NCBI GenBank assembly: GCA_964600295.1
Contig: CAZRIY010000001.1
Location: 91,282 to 155,281, forward strand
From: an uncultured Candidatus Saccharibacteria bacterium
Lineage (GTDB): Bacteria > Patescibacteriota > Saccharimonadia > CAZHVB01
DNA: 64,000 bases
Reading direction: 5' to 3'
Position 1 is the stretch's first letter. Each line of letters begins with the position of its first letter. Below are positions 44,913 to 54,982 of this stretch, one piece after another. A model generated the notes under the pieces. The model had not been told where the DNA came from and made no database searches. It saw only the letters and a program-made list of their open reading frames with translations. The translations under genes were made by a program, and so were the position numbers.

Positions 44913-46643
44913 TTAGGTTTGGCGTGACAAATCCCGAAATTGGCGCAGCAGTTCTAATCGCCGTTTCTCATCACCAGCAGCTTCAGCGGCCTTCAAATCC
45001 TGATTAATTCTAGCTCTTTGTTTTTTGATTTTGATGTCACCCAGACGAGTAGCCAAACTAAAGGCTTCGATACGACGATCGAGAGGAGCCCACTCCTCAT
45101 AGCCTTCCTCGCCCTTTAACTGTAGTATCTTAACATAATCGGCGATATCAGCCAAGGGTTTGGGGAGTTCCTTGTTCAAGCCAGTTTGGTGATTGGCCTT
45201 CAGCCATTTGAATATCTGAACACGCTCCTGAGCATCGAAATGCTCTGGAGCCAGGTCTTGTAGGCTGGTACGAGTGTCAGCAAAGCTCACCGCCAGAGCT
45301 AACAGTTCCTCTTCGACTGCCCGGCTTTCGTCATGAAGCGGCTCTGCCACGTAGACTGCCCGGCGGTCTACGTGTTCTGCTTTGTCATCTGCCGGCTCTA
45401 GTTTTCGATTAATAGTTTCGGCTTTGACCCCAACAATGGCAGCAACTTTATCAATGTAATGTTCTTGCTCGACCGGATCGCTTAAGCGACTGAGACTAGC
45501 GCTTAACCGATCGGTTAAGCGTTTTTTACCCAAAGCCGTGGATAAATCATATTGGCGCGGTAGCTCCATCAATAACCAATCCATGACATAGGGGGCTTGA
45601 GTAATGGCGGTTCGCCACTGGCTGACTCCGCCAGAGCCCCTGATTAGTTCATCTGGATCTTTGGTGCGTCCCAGCCCGATAATATAGAGCGAAATACCCA
45701 AGTTTTGGGCTAGAGGAATGGCTCGCTCAGTGGCACTCAGGCCGGCGGCATCTTGATCAAAAGCCAATTTAACATTCTTGGTTAAACGACTAGCCAGCTT
45801 TAATTGGGAGGTAGTCAAAGCCGTACCGCCGCTGGCCACCACCTGCTTAACTCCAGCTTCGTGTGAGGTAACCGCATCCAAATGACCTTCGACAATCACT
45901 ATGTTGTCGGATTCTCGAATAGCTTCTTTGGCTAGATCGAGTCCGAATAGGTGGCGGCTTTTATCAAACAGTAGAGTTTGGGGAGTGTTGAGATATTTGG
46001 GCAGTCCATCATCGAGAACTCGGCCGGTAAAGCCGATTATCCGACCCATTTGATCGGCTAGGGGTATAATTAAGCGCGCCCGAAAGAGATCTTGTAAGTT
46101 TTGTCCGCTTTGGCGGGTTAGACCGGCGCGGGTCAAAATCTGATCCTTAACACCTTTATTTTTGAGCGCTTTGACTAGGTTGGCCCCGCCGCTGGGGGCA
46201 TAGCCTAGGCGAAAAGCACCAATGGTTTTAGCGGAAAAGCCGCGTTTTTTTAAATAAGCCTGAGCAGCTGGGGAGCGGGCCAAGACTGCTTGATAGTATT
46301 TAGTGGCCAGCTCGTTGGCTTGATAGGCCCTCTCTTTGATCTCGGAGGATGGACCTCGCTGTTTGTCTTCCAGGTTAACGCCAGCCCGCCGAGCTAGAGT
46401 TTCTAGTGCGCCCGTGAATTCCAGGCCGTCCATTTTCTGAACAAAACTGAAGATATCACCACCCTCACTACAGCCAAAACAATGCCAAATCCCCTTATCG
46501 TCGCTGACCATCAAGCTGGGGGTTTTTTCGTGATGGAAAGGACACAACGCTTTGTGGTTGCGCCCCGCCGGTTTCAGCTGAATATAGCTGCCGACGACTT
46601 CGCTAACGTCCAGCCGCCGCTTAATTTCCTCTACTGGATCCAT
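44913..46643 (-). CDS. dnaG: DNA primase
   Basis: A zinc ribbon (CPFHHEKTPSLMVSDDKGIWHCFGC) is followed by a TOPRIM domain; the product is 576 aa. Confidence 0.9.
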   Translation of the reverse strand: MDPVEEIKRRLDVSEVVGSYIQLKPAGRNHKALCPFHHEKTPSLMVSDDKGIWHCFGCSEGGDIFSFVQKMDGLEFTGALETLARRAGVNLEDKQRGPSSEIKERAYQANELATKYYQAVLARSPAAQAYLKKRGFSAKTIGAFRLGYAPSGGANLVKALKNKGVKDQILTRAGLTRQSGQNLQDLFRARLIIPLADQMGRIIGFTGRVLDDGLPKYLNTPQTLLFDKSRHLFGLDLAKEAIRESDNIVIVEGHLDAVTSHEAGVKQVVASGGTALTTSQLKLASRLTKNVKLAFDQDAAGLSATERAIPLAQNLGISLYIIGLGRTKDPDELIRGSGGVSQWRTAITQAPYVMDWLLMELPRQYDLSTALGKKRLTDRLSASLSRLSDPVEQEHYIDKVAAIVGVKAETINRKLEPADDKAEHVDRRAVYVAEPLHDESRAVEEELLALAVSFADTRTSLQDLAPEHFDAQERVQIFKWLKANHQTGLNKELPKPLADIADYVKILQLKGEEGYEEWAPLDRRIEAFSLATRLGDIKIKKQRARINQDLKAAEAAGDEKRRLELLRQFRDLSRQT

Positions 46644-46725
46644 TGCTCTTAAGTATGGAACAAGCCATAGAAATTAAAAAGCATAAGGGTTGCAGCTGCC
46701 GCTGCTATCACCGATACTAGAGGAT

Positions 46726-47247
46726 ATGAACAAGAAATTGCTGGTTAGCTTGGGAGTTGTCGGTATCTTGATAGTGCTGGGCTTAACCGTCAGCTTTATC
46801 ACCAAGGATAAGCTAAGACCAGAATTGACAGCCACCCTCGAAACCAATACAACTCTAGTCGAGATTGGTAATCTCGGTGTCCAACGGGCTACCAGATCCG
46901 AGACCCAGCAGATTGCCACCAATATCGCCATTGTCACCCTTAGCGATAACCGCACCCTAACTGAATATTGGCGCAAACGACACGGCAAGAAGCTGCCCCA
47001 GAATCAAAAAGTCTTTAAGGGCGAGCTAGCTAAAATCATCTCCGAACTTGAGGACATTTCGCATGGGCCTACCTTTGACAGCCATTACCTAGAATTGATA
47101 ACCCAGCAGCTGAGAACCAATACTGACCGCCTAAAATCAATCTATCAGCAAACCGATCAGGTCGAGCTTAGAACCATCGTCGAAGCTACACACAACCACC
47201 AGATCCAGCTATTAGAACAACTAGAGTCACCCGGCCGAGCCCAGTAA
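46726..47247 (+). CDS. Hypothetical membrane-anchored protein
   Basis: One N-terminal TM segment (LLVSLGVVGILIVLGLTVSF) is followed by an all-alpha region. The ORF-table start at 46690 is less likely than MNKKLL at 46726. Confidence 0.4.
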   Translation: MNKKLLVSLGVVGILIVLGLTVSFITKDKLRPELTATLETNTTLVEIGNLGVQRATRSETQQIATNIAIVTLSDNRTLTEYWRKRHGKKLPQNQKVFKGELAKIISELEDISHGPTFDSHYLELITQQLRTNTDRLKSIYQQTDQVELRTIVEATHNHQIQLLEQLESPGRAQ

Positions 47248-47264
47248 CCAGCTTTATACCCTTA

Positions 47265-47492
47265 TTGATTACTAGTAAGATCAAGTTAATGGATCGCTTA
47301 CGCAATCTGTGGGATAGCAAGTACTGGCGAGCCGGAGTGGTGGGTGGTATTACCTTTATGGCCGCCCGTTTACTGCTTTCGGCCTTGCCCGAGATACTTA
47401 GCATTGACCGGCTGCCGGCGCCTACTCTTCTATCTTTGTTGTTGGGTGGTTTAGCGGCCTATTTCGTCTTAAAACGCTACCGCTATTACTAA
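47265..47492 (+). CDS. Small hypothetical membrane protein
   Basis: The 75-aa product has two predicted TM segments. Confidence 0.3.
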   Translation: MITSKIKLMDRLRNLWDSKYWRAGVVGGITFMAARLLLSALPEILSIDRLPAPTLLSLLLGGLAAYFVLKRYRYY

Positions 47493-47923
47493 GCTGAACT
47501 AGCTAATTCTTTCTTAATTTTATTGATAAATTTCGATTTAAGCAGCTGCTGCCATGGCAAAAAAAGTGGGCTGGGCAACAGGTCGAAATTATACCAACCC
47601 ATCTCGACATAGCTATCTGGCTCGGTTATAGCCTCTTGCCCCCAGTCCCAATCGCTGAGCATCCAAACCGTTAAGTAATGTTTGTTTTCTTTTTCAAAAA
47701 CGTCGTTGGTAATAGCGCCAAACCGAATTTTTTTTATAATAATACCGGTTTCTTCTTTAACTTCCCGAGCTGCCGTCTGTTCCAAAGCTTCGCCCCATTC
47801 CAAATGCCCACCGGGCACAGACCAACTGCCTTCGCCATGGGCACCTTGGCGTTTGCCCATCAAGAAACTACCCCTTTTAAATACAAATACACCCACACCT
47901 ACGTTCGGTCTTTGCGTGCTCAT
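47489..47923 (-). CDS. NUDIX hydrolase
   Basis: The Nudix box GGHLEWGEALEQTAAREVKEETG is present. Confidence 0.85.
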   Translation of the reverse strand: MSTQRPNVGVGVFVFKRGSFLMGKRQGAHGEGSWSVPGGHLEWGEALEQTAAREVKEETGIIIKKIRFGAITNDVFEKENKHYLTVWMLSDWDWGQEAITEPDSYVEMGWYNFDLLPSPLFLPWQQLLKSKFINKIKKELASSA

Positions 47924-48576
47924 TTCGACTGGCCTCTTAAGTAATCTGGCAGGGGATAATGTTTGAACTCAGATAATAGGTTTTTGCCATGAATCAGGCG
48001 TCCCATGGCCTCAGTTTCCATCTTGGCACCGGTTAAGGCGTTATGCGGATCTGGTTCTAGGGGCATACCCAGCAATTCGTAAATCGCACCTGACCAGAGA
48101 CCAGAGAAACCGTATCTGAGCGGCACCATCACCCCGCGCCGTTTAAATTCGGTATAGGTCAATGAATGCAGATCGATATAACGCCGGCCGAAAGGCCAAA
48201 TTGTTTCGGTTGGGTCCTTTTTTAATTTGGCGGCGGCGGCCCGCAGAAAGCCTGCGTCAAAATAAGTATTATGCCCACCCAGAGTTTTATCGGCAATTGA
48301 TTCCGACCAGGTTAGGAAGCTACGCATAGCCTGCTTAAGGGTCGGTTTTTTACTATCATAAAGTTCTTCTTGAGTTAAACCATTAATTTGGAGCGCTGAA
48401 GGCTCAACTACGGATTCTTTAGTGATGCGGTTTTCGATATAGAATTGATTGTCTGGATTCTCAAACTCAATGGCACCGATGCTGACGATGGCATGGCTGC
48501 TAGGGTTGGTACCCGTGGTTTCAACATCAACTACGATCATCTGGCGTTTTCGATTTGAGGTGGGGATTGGCCACAA
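47920..48576 (-). CDS. DEDDh 3'-5' exonuclease (DnaQ-like)
   Basis: The Exo I motif is MIVVDVETTG, and the C-terminal Y..H motif is present. Confidence 0.75.
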   Translation of the reverse strand: MWPIPTSNRKRQMIVVDVETTGTNPSSHAIVSIGAIEFENPDNQFYIENRITKESVVEPSALQINGLTQEELYDSKKPTLKQAMRSFLTWSESIADKTLGGHNTYFDAGFLRAAAAKLKKDPTETIWPFGRRYIDLHSLTYTEFKRRGVMVPLRYGFSGLWSGAIYELLGMPLEPDPHNALTGAKMETEAMGRLIHGKNLLSEFKHYPLPDYLRGQSK

Positions 48577-49204
48577 TATAGTTTTTAAGAAAGCGCGACA
48601 GCAGGCTGGGCGTGTTGTGTTTTAAATAGTAGTAACCGGGAACAACTATCACTAGGGCACCAAGCGAGGCTACAATTAGATCCCACATCGTGTCATCCAA
48701 GCTGCGCTGGGCATCGGTACTCCAAATGCCATCGACCATAAATTCCAAAATTTCCCACACTGCCCCCAGAGCCAGGGCAAAACAAAAGCTTAAAAAAGCG
48801 ATGATGAAGGGCGTCGACATCAGCTTCTTTTGGTAATGGAGAGTGTATAAAAACAAAAAACTTCCAAAACCTAGCACAACGCCAGAGCTAGTATGCAGAA
48901 GGTCGTCCCACCACCAAATCCGGTCGTAATAACCCAAGAAAAAACCCAAAAAGATCGAAGCAAAGATAAAGATAACGGCGATTAGTTCAAACTCAATGGG
49001 AAAATTAACCCGGTAATGCCGCTCCAGTAAATTGGGGATAAACGAAAAAACATAAGCCAGGGCCGCAGTGATAAAACCCAGCCACTGGCCGGTAATTAAA
49101 GACAAAATGATCGCCCCTAACAAGAGGGTACGCATAATTATCACCGCCATAAATTGAATCCAGTCATCGAGCGAGGCCGGGGGTGTTAAGAATTTTAATT
49201 TCAT
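48527..49204 (-). CDS. Integral membrane protein, function unknown
   Basis: About six TM helices are predicted, with a WWDDLLH motif. Confidence 0.4.
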   Translation of the reverse strand: MKLKFLTPPASLDDWIQFMAVIIMRTLLLGAIILSLITGQWLGFITAALAYVFSFIPNLLERHYRVNFPIEFELIAVIFIFASIFLGFFLGYYDRIWWWDDLLHTSSGVVLGFGSFLFLYTLHYQKKLMSTPFIIAFLSFCFALALGAVWEILEFMVDGIWSTDAQRSLDDTMWDLIVASLGALVIVVPGYYYLKHNTPSLLSRFLKNYIVANPHLKSKTPDDRS

Positions 49205-49603
49205 TTAATCTTTCCTAGCTTCGGGCTTAAAATCTAGAGCGCAGGAGTTGATACAGTACCTCTGACCAGTGGGACTTGGGCCATCGTCAAATAGATGACC
49301 CAAGTGGCTGCCGCAGTTGATACAAACTACTTCAACCCGATGCATGCCTAGCGAGCTATCATCCTGCAAACGAACATTTTTTGAGTTCGCTACATCGTAG
49401 AAACTGGGCCACCCGGTGTCGGATTCAAATTTAGTGCTTGAACTGAACAATTGATTACCACAAGCCGCGCAAACATACATGCCATCGGTTTTATTCTTTA
49501 GCAAATGCCCGGTAAATGGCGTTTCGGTGCCCTTCTGCCGCAACACCCGATATTGCTCCGGAGTCAGCTTTTTCTGCCATTCTTTCTCTGTCTTTGCCTG
49601 CAT
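49205..49603 (-). CDS. msrB: Peptide-methionine (R)-S-oxide reductase
   Basis: The zinc-binding sites CAACGNQLF and [12 protein letters not shown] are present, along with the GWPSF motif. Confidence 0.9.
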   Translation of the reverse strand: MQAKTEKEWQKKLTPEQYRVLRQKGTETPFTGHLLKNKTDGMYVCAACGNQLFSSSTKFESDTGWPSFYDVANSKNVRLQDDSSLGMHRVEVVCINCGSHLGHLFDDGPSPTGQRYCINSCALDFKPEARKD

Positions 49604-49624
49604 ATTGATTCTTATTGTATGCTC

Positions 49625-50305
49625 TTATACCGCAGCCAGCATTGCTTGAAGTTTGGGAAATACCAAAGTCGGTGAGTCTGTGGGATTTAAGATAATGTCT
49701 GGTACTACATGCAGGCTAAATTCCCCATGTTCTTTTATCCAACGGTCCATCTCTTTAAAATAATCTTGGTAATTGGTCTTGCTGGCCTTAAGCCTAGCTT
49801 CAGCAATATCCCGAGGAACCTCAAAGCCAATAGTTAGCCTTTGATAATTATTTTGGGTGGCCCACTCTGAAATTTTCTGATATTTGCGATCGATACCTGA
49901 ATCTAGAATTAATAAGCCATTGGGAAATTGCGACAATTTATCCAAAGCGTAACTTTCGTAACTTTTTATTATGTCATTGCGTTCAATAATTGAGCTTCCG
50001 GGCATGAGACTGCCTAAAATATCCCTTACATCATCACTCTTAAATCGAGTGCCTTTAAATCGATCTTCTAGCAGAGTGGCTAGAGTAGTTTTGCCCGATC
50101 CGGGAATACCAGCGAAAGCCACCAAAATTTTGGGATGCGGTATTTCGGTATGGCGAAAATATTTAAGATTATTTTTCCAAATTTGCTCATGTGATATGGG
50201 TAACGGTTCCGGCATTTCCAAATCTTCTGGTTTACTGTTTCGCTCTTGAGGCTTCATATATCTTAATGTAACCTGCCACCGAGGTCTTGGCGACAGTTTT
50301 GCCAA
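49625..50305 (-). CDS. P-loop NTPase / predicted kinase
   Basis: A Walker A motif (AGIPGSGKTTL) is present. The real start is likely an internal Met near 50215, because the 5' end overlaps the upstream gene. Confidence 0.5.
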   Translation of the reverse strand: MAKLSPRPRWQVTLRYMKPQERNSKPEDLEMPEPLPISHEQIWKNNLKYFRHTEIPHPKILVAFAGIPGSGKTTLATLLEDRFKGTRFKSDDVRDILGSLMPGSSIIERNDIIKSYESYALDKLSQFPNGLLILDSGIDRKYQKISEWATQNNYQRLTIGFEVPRDIAEARLKASKTNYQDYFKEMDRWIKEHGEFSLHVVPDIILNPTDSPTLVFPKLQAMLAAV

Positions 50306-50681
50306 TTAAATCCAGCGGCAGGTCGGCAGCACGTTTGATGCGCACACAAGATTTACCCATATCTAGCTTCTTGCCAGATTTTTGGTACTCTTCCTTAAAC
50401 CATTTTTCTACTTCCGGGTTCCCGTAAACGTTCATTAAATAAAGACCAATATGGTTTTTTTGCGCCGCTAAAGCTACCAACCCTAGGGGCTGGCCGTTGT
50501 AAGTATTGGGGTAGCGCTCCAGCGGAATTTCGTAGGTAATCATGCCCCAATTCATTTTTTCTTCGTACCCTAAGGATAGATTTTTGAGGATCACCTCACG
50601 AATAGTCTCGATATCTTTACGCCGATCGGCCGGGAGGCTAGCCAGATAATCATCGACCGTAAGGTCACTACTTGAAACCAT
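50232..50681 (-). CDS. DUF1801 (YdhG-like) domain protein
   Basis: The product starts VDDYLASLPADRRKDIETIREVIL...KMNWGMITYEIP. Confidence 0.55.
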   Translation of the reverse strand: MVSSSDLTVDDYLASLPADRRKDIETIREVILKNLSLGYEEKMNWGMITYEIPLERYPNTYNGQPLGLVALAAQKNHIGLYLMNVYGNPEVEKWFKEEYQKSGKKLDMGKSCVRIKRAADLPLDLIGKTVAKTSVAGYIKIYEASRAKQ

Positions 50682-50685
50682 ATCT

Positions 50686-51237
50686 TTACTGTATCATTCC
50701 GAACTTTTTATTTTGCTTGGTCATTTTTAAAAAATAATTGAGCCGTTTTTGGAACTCCTGTGGCCGATTCCGCGCGCCTTTAATAAAACCAATGCGAATT
50801 CTCTTATACGGGTCTGGGAATTTGGTAAAATTCTGCCAAACTTCTTTATCCACTTTTATCAGTTTGAAGATGTCACCCGGAATTTTGAGCTCCTCCTCCA
50901 AGTATTCATGAGGAAACTTCGATAAGCCGGCTTCAGTCATTTTCTCGTCGGCTACCAGCCGGCGCATACGTTCTTTGTTCATCTCGGACCACTGGCTTAT
51001 GGGTTTACGGGGCGTAAAACGCTGGGCAAAGCTCTGCTCATCGATCTTTTTAACCGTGCTATCGATCCAGCCGAAGCAAAGAGCTTCCTCAACCGCGTCA
51101 TTATATTCAACACGAGGCTTACCGCTATCTTTTTTATAGTAAATCAGCCAAATTTCGGATTCGCTGTGATGATGCTTGGCCAACCAGCGGCGCCAAGTCT
51201 GCCGATTCTTAGCATATAGAATCTTGGTTATCTCCAT
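50686..51237 (-). CDS. YdeI/OmpD-associated family protein
   Basis: The product contains EALCFGWIDS and a KPRVEYNDAVEEAL pattern. Confidence 0.5.
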   Translation of the reverse strand: MEITKILYAKNRQTWRRWLAKHHHSESEIWLIYYKKDSGKPRVEYNDAVEEALCFGWIDSTVKKIDEQSFAQRFTPRKPISQWSEMNKERMRRLVADEKMTEAGLSKFPHEYLEEELKIPGDIFKLIKVDKEVWQNFTKFPDPYKRIRIGFIKGARNRPQEFQKRLNYFLKMTKQNKKFGMIQ

Positions 51238-51245
51238 ACTAGAGA

Positions 51246-51938
51246 TTAAATTTTAAATTTTACCATTATGGGAGAGTGGTCTGCGGGAAAATTGGTCAAG
51301 ACTTCGGCCATAGCTACTCTAAGATCTGGAGTAGCAAATACAAAATCAATCCGCCGTCGCCATCGCCCACCAGGGGTTCCATCGCGGCGTTTACGTTCCC
51401 AGCTGCCAAAGGTCCAAGTGGGAATAGAAAGATCTGGCCCACTATGGACCAGGCGACTTTTCTCTAGTAGTTCACGGATATAGCGGCTTTCCGGTTTGGC
51501 GTTAAAATCACCGGCTAGGATAAAGCCTTTTTTATGACTTTTTATAGATAGGATGAGTTGCTGCAGCTGTTGCCGTCGCTTGCGTGGACCAGCAAAGGGA
51601 GTGGACATGTGTACCAAACCGACAGCTAGATCTTTCTGTTTTGTCGGCTGAACTATGGCTTCCATATAGATTCGCAGATTACCTGAAATACCCAGCCGGC
51701 CAGCCAGTGGTTCATGGGCACGCCCAATAATCGGCAGCTTGCTGATGATAGCGCTGCCACCCGCCCGCAGCATATGTTCGCGATAATATAGATTGGCTTT
51801 GAGGATTTTTGCAATTTGGGTGGCAATATCAGGCTTCACCTCCTGTAGGAGGTAGATGTCGGCATCCAAGTCGGCGATTTTTTGCGGATGGGCCTGCTGG
51901 TGATAATTGTGGTTATAAGTGACCAGTTTAAGGATCAT
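51246..51938 (-). CDS. Endonuclease/exonuclease/phosphatase (EEP) family protein
   Basis: The product contains YNHNYHQ...DADIYLLQEV and C-terminal Asp/His motifs. Confidence 0.7.
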   Translation of the reverse strand: MILKLVTYNHNYHQQAHPQKIADLDADIYLLQEVKPDIATQIAKILKANLYYREHMLRAGGSAIISKLPIIGRAHEPLAGRLGISGNLRIYMEAIVQPTKQKDLAVGLVHMSTPFAGPRKRRQQLQQLILSIKSHKKGFILAGDFNAKPESRYIRELLEKSRLVHSGPDLSIPTWTFGSWERKRRDGTPGGRWRRRIDFVFATPDLRVAMAEVLTNFPADHSPIMVKFKI

Positions 51939-52019
51939 TACTATTCGATTCGTTCAAAGAGATAAATTAAAACCTCGCCCTTGTCGGTAGCTTTCTTAAC
52001 CACTGCATCAGAAACTGTG

Positions 52020-52301
52020 TTATCGGTTTTTGACACTTTCATCCTTCCAATTCCACCATTTTAACAGTTCTGGTTTAGGTTTTTTGTGGGTTGCATAATA
52101 GACAGCACAACGGAAGGTATACAGCATACAACGGTCGACGGGGTAGCCAACCTGGATGCACAGTTGTTCGTAGAGCTTTTCGGGATTTTTATTTCGCAAA
52201 TCAGTGATCTTAGTAATACCCAGCCTTACCAGATCCCTGGACACGGCTTTGCCCACCCCCGGTATTTGCTGAAGCTCGTTTGTAACCGTTTGTTTTGTCA
52301 T
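52020..52301 (-). CDS. Helix-hairpin-helix domain protein (Cdd1-like)
   Basis: The HhH motif LQQIPGVGKAVSRDLVRLGITKITDL is present. Confidence 0.55.
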   Translation of the reverse strand: MTKQTVTNELQQIPGVGKAVSRDLVRLGITKITDLRNKNPEKLYEQLCIQVGYPVDRCMLYTFRCAVYYATHKKPKPELLKWWNWKDESVKNR

Positions 52302-52338
52302 CAGCTAATTTATGGGGGGTAGGATACTTAGCTGATCC

Positions 52339-52560
52339 TTAATCCCGAAGAATTTCGTGTAAGCTTCCGTCCGACCGGTTAACTAAGACTTGGGTTTCTT
52401 CTGGTAACCTAGCGAGAAAAAGTCCTGTTCCCAGAGCATGCCTAATAGATTCCTCATATGAGGTGTCGAGTAGCACAGCCAGCTCGCCAATGGCTTTGAG
52501 TGCATCACCGGCTATTTCAAACCGTGCGCCCTCCAACTGTTCTATTGATTCCCCCGACAT
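52339..52560 (-). CDS. Possible small hypothetical protein (~73 aa)
   Basis: Only the MSGESIEQLEG... portion is kept. The remainder of the table ORF is antisense to the tRNA and is not credible. Confidence 0.2.
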   Translation of the reverse strand: MSGESIEQLEGARFEIAGDALKAIGELAVLLDTSYEESIRHALGTGLFLARLPEETQVLVNRSDGSLHEILRD

Positions 52561-52591
52561 AAGATAATTATACGTTAGAATAAGATTTACT

Positions 52592-52681
<90 letters not shown>

Positions 52682-52755
52682 TAGTGGTAATATTGATACC
52701 AATGAGGAAACAACAGTGATTGGTGCTGGTGACTACGTATTGCGGTTATTAGTAT

Positions 52756-53433
52756 ATGAACCTGATTAAGTTAGAAAAAGTTAATAAAAGTTTTGGCGGA
52801 GGAAAGGCCAAGACATCTGTATTGCGCAATATTAACTTGGAAATTAAAAACGGCGAGTTCGTAGCCATTGTGGGCCAGTCTGGTTCTGGCAAAACTACGT
52901 TGATGAATATAATCGGCTTACTGGATAAGCCAACGACCGGCCGCTATTTACTGAATGATGAAGATGTAGTTCCATTTCGCGATAAAGACCTGGCTATTAT
53001 CCGGCGCCTCAGCATTGGCTTTGTCTTCCAAAACTTTAATCTGCTGGGCCGGATGAGTGTTCGAGCCAACGTTATGCTACCGATGGTTTACAACCGTATC
53101 GCTAAAGTCCAGCGACGCGAACGCGCCGAGCGGTTGCTGCGCCTAGTGGGGCTGGGCAATCGGGCGGATTTTAAACCCAACCAACTCTCAGGCGGGCAAA
53201 TGCAGCGGGTGGCTATTGCCCGGGCGCTGGCCAACCAACCGACTTTGCTGCTGGCCGATGAGCCAACCGGTAATCTGGATAGTCGTACTGGTATGACAGT
53301 GATGAAAATTCTCAAACGCCTGCATCAGCGCGGCAACACCGTAATTGTGGTAACCCACAACGCCACGGTTGCCCGGCTGGCGACGCGGATTGTTCGGCTT
53401 AAAGACGGCCGCATTGTTGGTGGTAAGCTATGA
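52756..53433 (+). CDS. ABC transporter ATP-binding protein (FtsE/MacB/LolD-like)
   Basis: A Walker A (GQSGSGKTT), the [15 protein letters not shown] signature and a Walker B are present. Confidence 0.9.
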   Translation: MNLIKLEKVNKSFGGGKAKTSVLRNINLEIKNGEFVAIVGQSGSGKTTLMNIIGLLDKPTTGRYLLNDEDVVPFRDKDLAIIRRLSIGFVFQNFNLLGRMSVRANVMLPMVYNRIAKVQRRERAERLLRLVGLGNRADFKPNQLSGGQMQRVAIARALANQPTLLLADEPTGNLDSRTGMTVMKILKRLHQRGNTVIVVTHNATVARLATRIVRLKDGRIVGGKL

Positions 53434-54659
53434 TTGGACAGAATCTGTTGATGGCTCTGGCCGCATTACGGGCCAGCAAGTTACGATCTTTTCTAACAAT
53501 GCTGGGCATTATCATTGGCGTTAGTTCGGTTGTTACGGTGCTGGCGACGGGTGAGGGGGTTAAGCGCGAAATTACCAAACAAGTTGCCAGCTTTGGCGTT
53601 GACTTAATCCAGGTTAACCCCGGTAGGCTTTTCTCCAGCAATGAGGAGGGAGAAGCCACTAGCTTTAACTTTGCCGGTGCGCTGGGAGCCTCGACGCTGA
53701 ATGAAAATGATGTAGAGTCCATTAGACAGATACCGGAGGTAGCCACGGCGGCGCCGGCTACGCTGATCTCGGGTATTCCCAGTGGTGAGGGTAAAACCGC
53801 CGACTCTGCGCTAATCCTAGCCAGTACCCCGGAGTTACAGATCATATTGGCAGCCAATCAAAAGCTCGAGCGGGGCCGCTTTTTGGCAGATGCGAGCAGT
53901 AACGAAACGGTATTGGGAGCCAAAGTAGCCGAAACGCTATTTGGCGCCAATCAGGACATTTTGGGTAAGGCTATTACAGTACGCGGCCGTCAATTAACTG
54001 TAGTGGGAGTGATGCAGGCCCCGCCATCCACGGCCCTAACCTTGGGACCCGATATTGGTAATGTCGTCTATATCCCTTTTGGGGTTGGCAAGGAGATGAA
54101 CAATGGTGTGGTTAATATCATTGAAATTGACGTCAAAGCCGCCGATCCCGAAAAAGTTGCTGTTGCCAAGACCAAAATTTGGCAGCAGCTACTGTCTAAC
54201 CATGGCGGAGAGGAAGATTTTACGGTTTCCACCCCCGATGAGCAATTAGCATTGTTCGACCAAATTTTGAATGTGATGACCAGTTTTGTCGCCGCCATTG
54301 CGGCCATTTCCTTAATTGTGGGTGGAGTGGGGGTAATGAACATTATGCTGGTGGCGGTTACCGAGCGCACTCGCGAAATTGGCGTGCGCAAGGCCATCGG
54401 TGCCACCAATCGTCAGATCCTTGGACAGTTTCTAATTGAAGCTATTGTAATCAGTCTGTTAGGCGGACTACTCGGGGTAGGACTGGCGTTGGTTTATGGA
54501 CGCGTAATCAAAGCCGCGGCCGATCTTACCCCGGTTTTCACGGCCGAAGCCTTCATGGTGGCAGTTATTGTATCTACTGTGGTGGGGGTAATCTTCGGCC
54601 TGGCACCGGCTATTAAAGCCGCCCGCAAAAGCCCCATCGAAGCTCTCCGCTACGAATAG
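53430..54659 (+). CDS. ABC transporter permease, FtsX-like (MacB-type)
   Basis: An N-terminal TM segment is followed by a large extracytoplasmic domain and C-terminal FtsX 3-TM helices. It overlaps the ATPase stop. Confidence 0.85.
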   Translation: MIGQNLLMALAALRASKLRSFLTMLGIIIGVSSVVTVLATGEGVKREITKQVASFGVDLIQVNPGRLFSSNEEGEATSFNFAGALGASTLNENDVESIRQIPEVATAAPATLISGIPSGEGKTADSALILASTPELQIILAANQKLERGRFLADASSNETVLGAKVAETLFGANQDILGKAITVRGRQLTVVGVMQAPPSTALTLGPDIGNVVYIPFGVGKEMNNGVVNIIEIDVKAADPEKVAVAKTKIWQQLLSNHGGEEDFTVSTPDEQLALFDQILNVMTSFVAAIAAISLIVGGVGVMNIMLVAVTERTREIGVRKAIGATNRQILGQFLIEAIVISLLGGLLGVGLALVYGRVIKAAADLTPVFTAEAFMVAVIVSTVVGVIFGLAPAIKAARKSPIEALRYE

Positions 54660-54763
54660 TTCGTAAGATATCTTACAAATTTTAGTACAGAAATTTGACA
54701 GTGGACGGTATAATTAACATAAGCTTATAAAATAAAGCCAAAACCTTTTAAAAGGAAACTAAA

Positions 54764-54982
54764 ATGGAAAAGACTAGGGTTAAAATTGAACACAAACATT
54801 ACCGTCGCAGAGATGACGATTATTCTGAAACGCCCAAACCTTCCTCTACTTCTGCTCCTGATGTTTTGGATGATATCGACAAAATCATAGAAGAATCCAA
54901 AGAAGCCCAATACGAGCACGAGACTATAATCTGGGATTTGGGTAAATTTGTGGTTAGTGAAAGAGAAAGGCTAAGCGCCTAA
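54764..54982 (+). CDS. Small acidic hypothetical protein with a Pup-like helix
   Basis: The 72-aa product has an AGGA RBS 9 nt upstream. DVLDDIDKIIEESKEAQYEH resembles the Pup motif LLDEIDDVLEENAEDFVRA, but it lacks the GGQ/GGE C-terminus. Confidence 0.35.
   Translation: MEKTRVKIEHKHYRRRDDDYSETPKPSSTSAPDVLDDIDKIIEESKEAQYEHETIIWDLGKFVVSERERLSA

Noticed and set aside
54696-54718. TTGACA ... TATAAT-like hexamers upstream of the Pup-like ORF
   Set aside because: The spacing between the hexamers is only 8 nt, so they cannot act together as a sigma-70 promoter.
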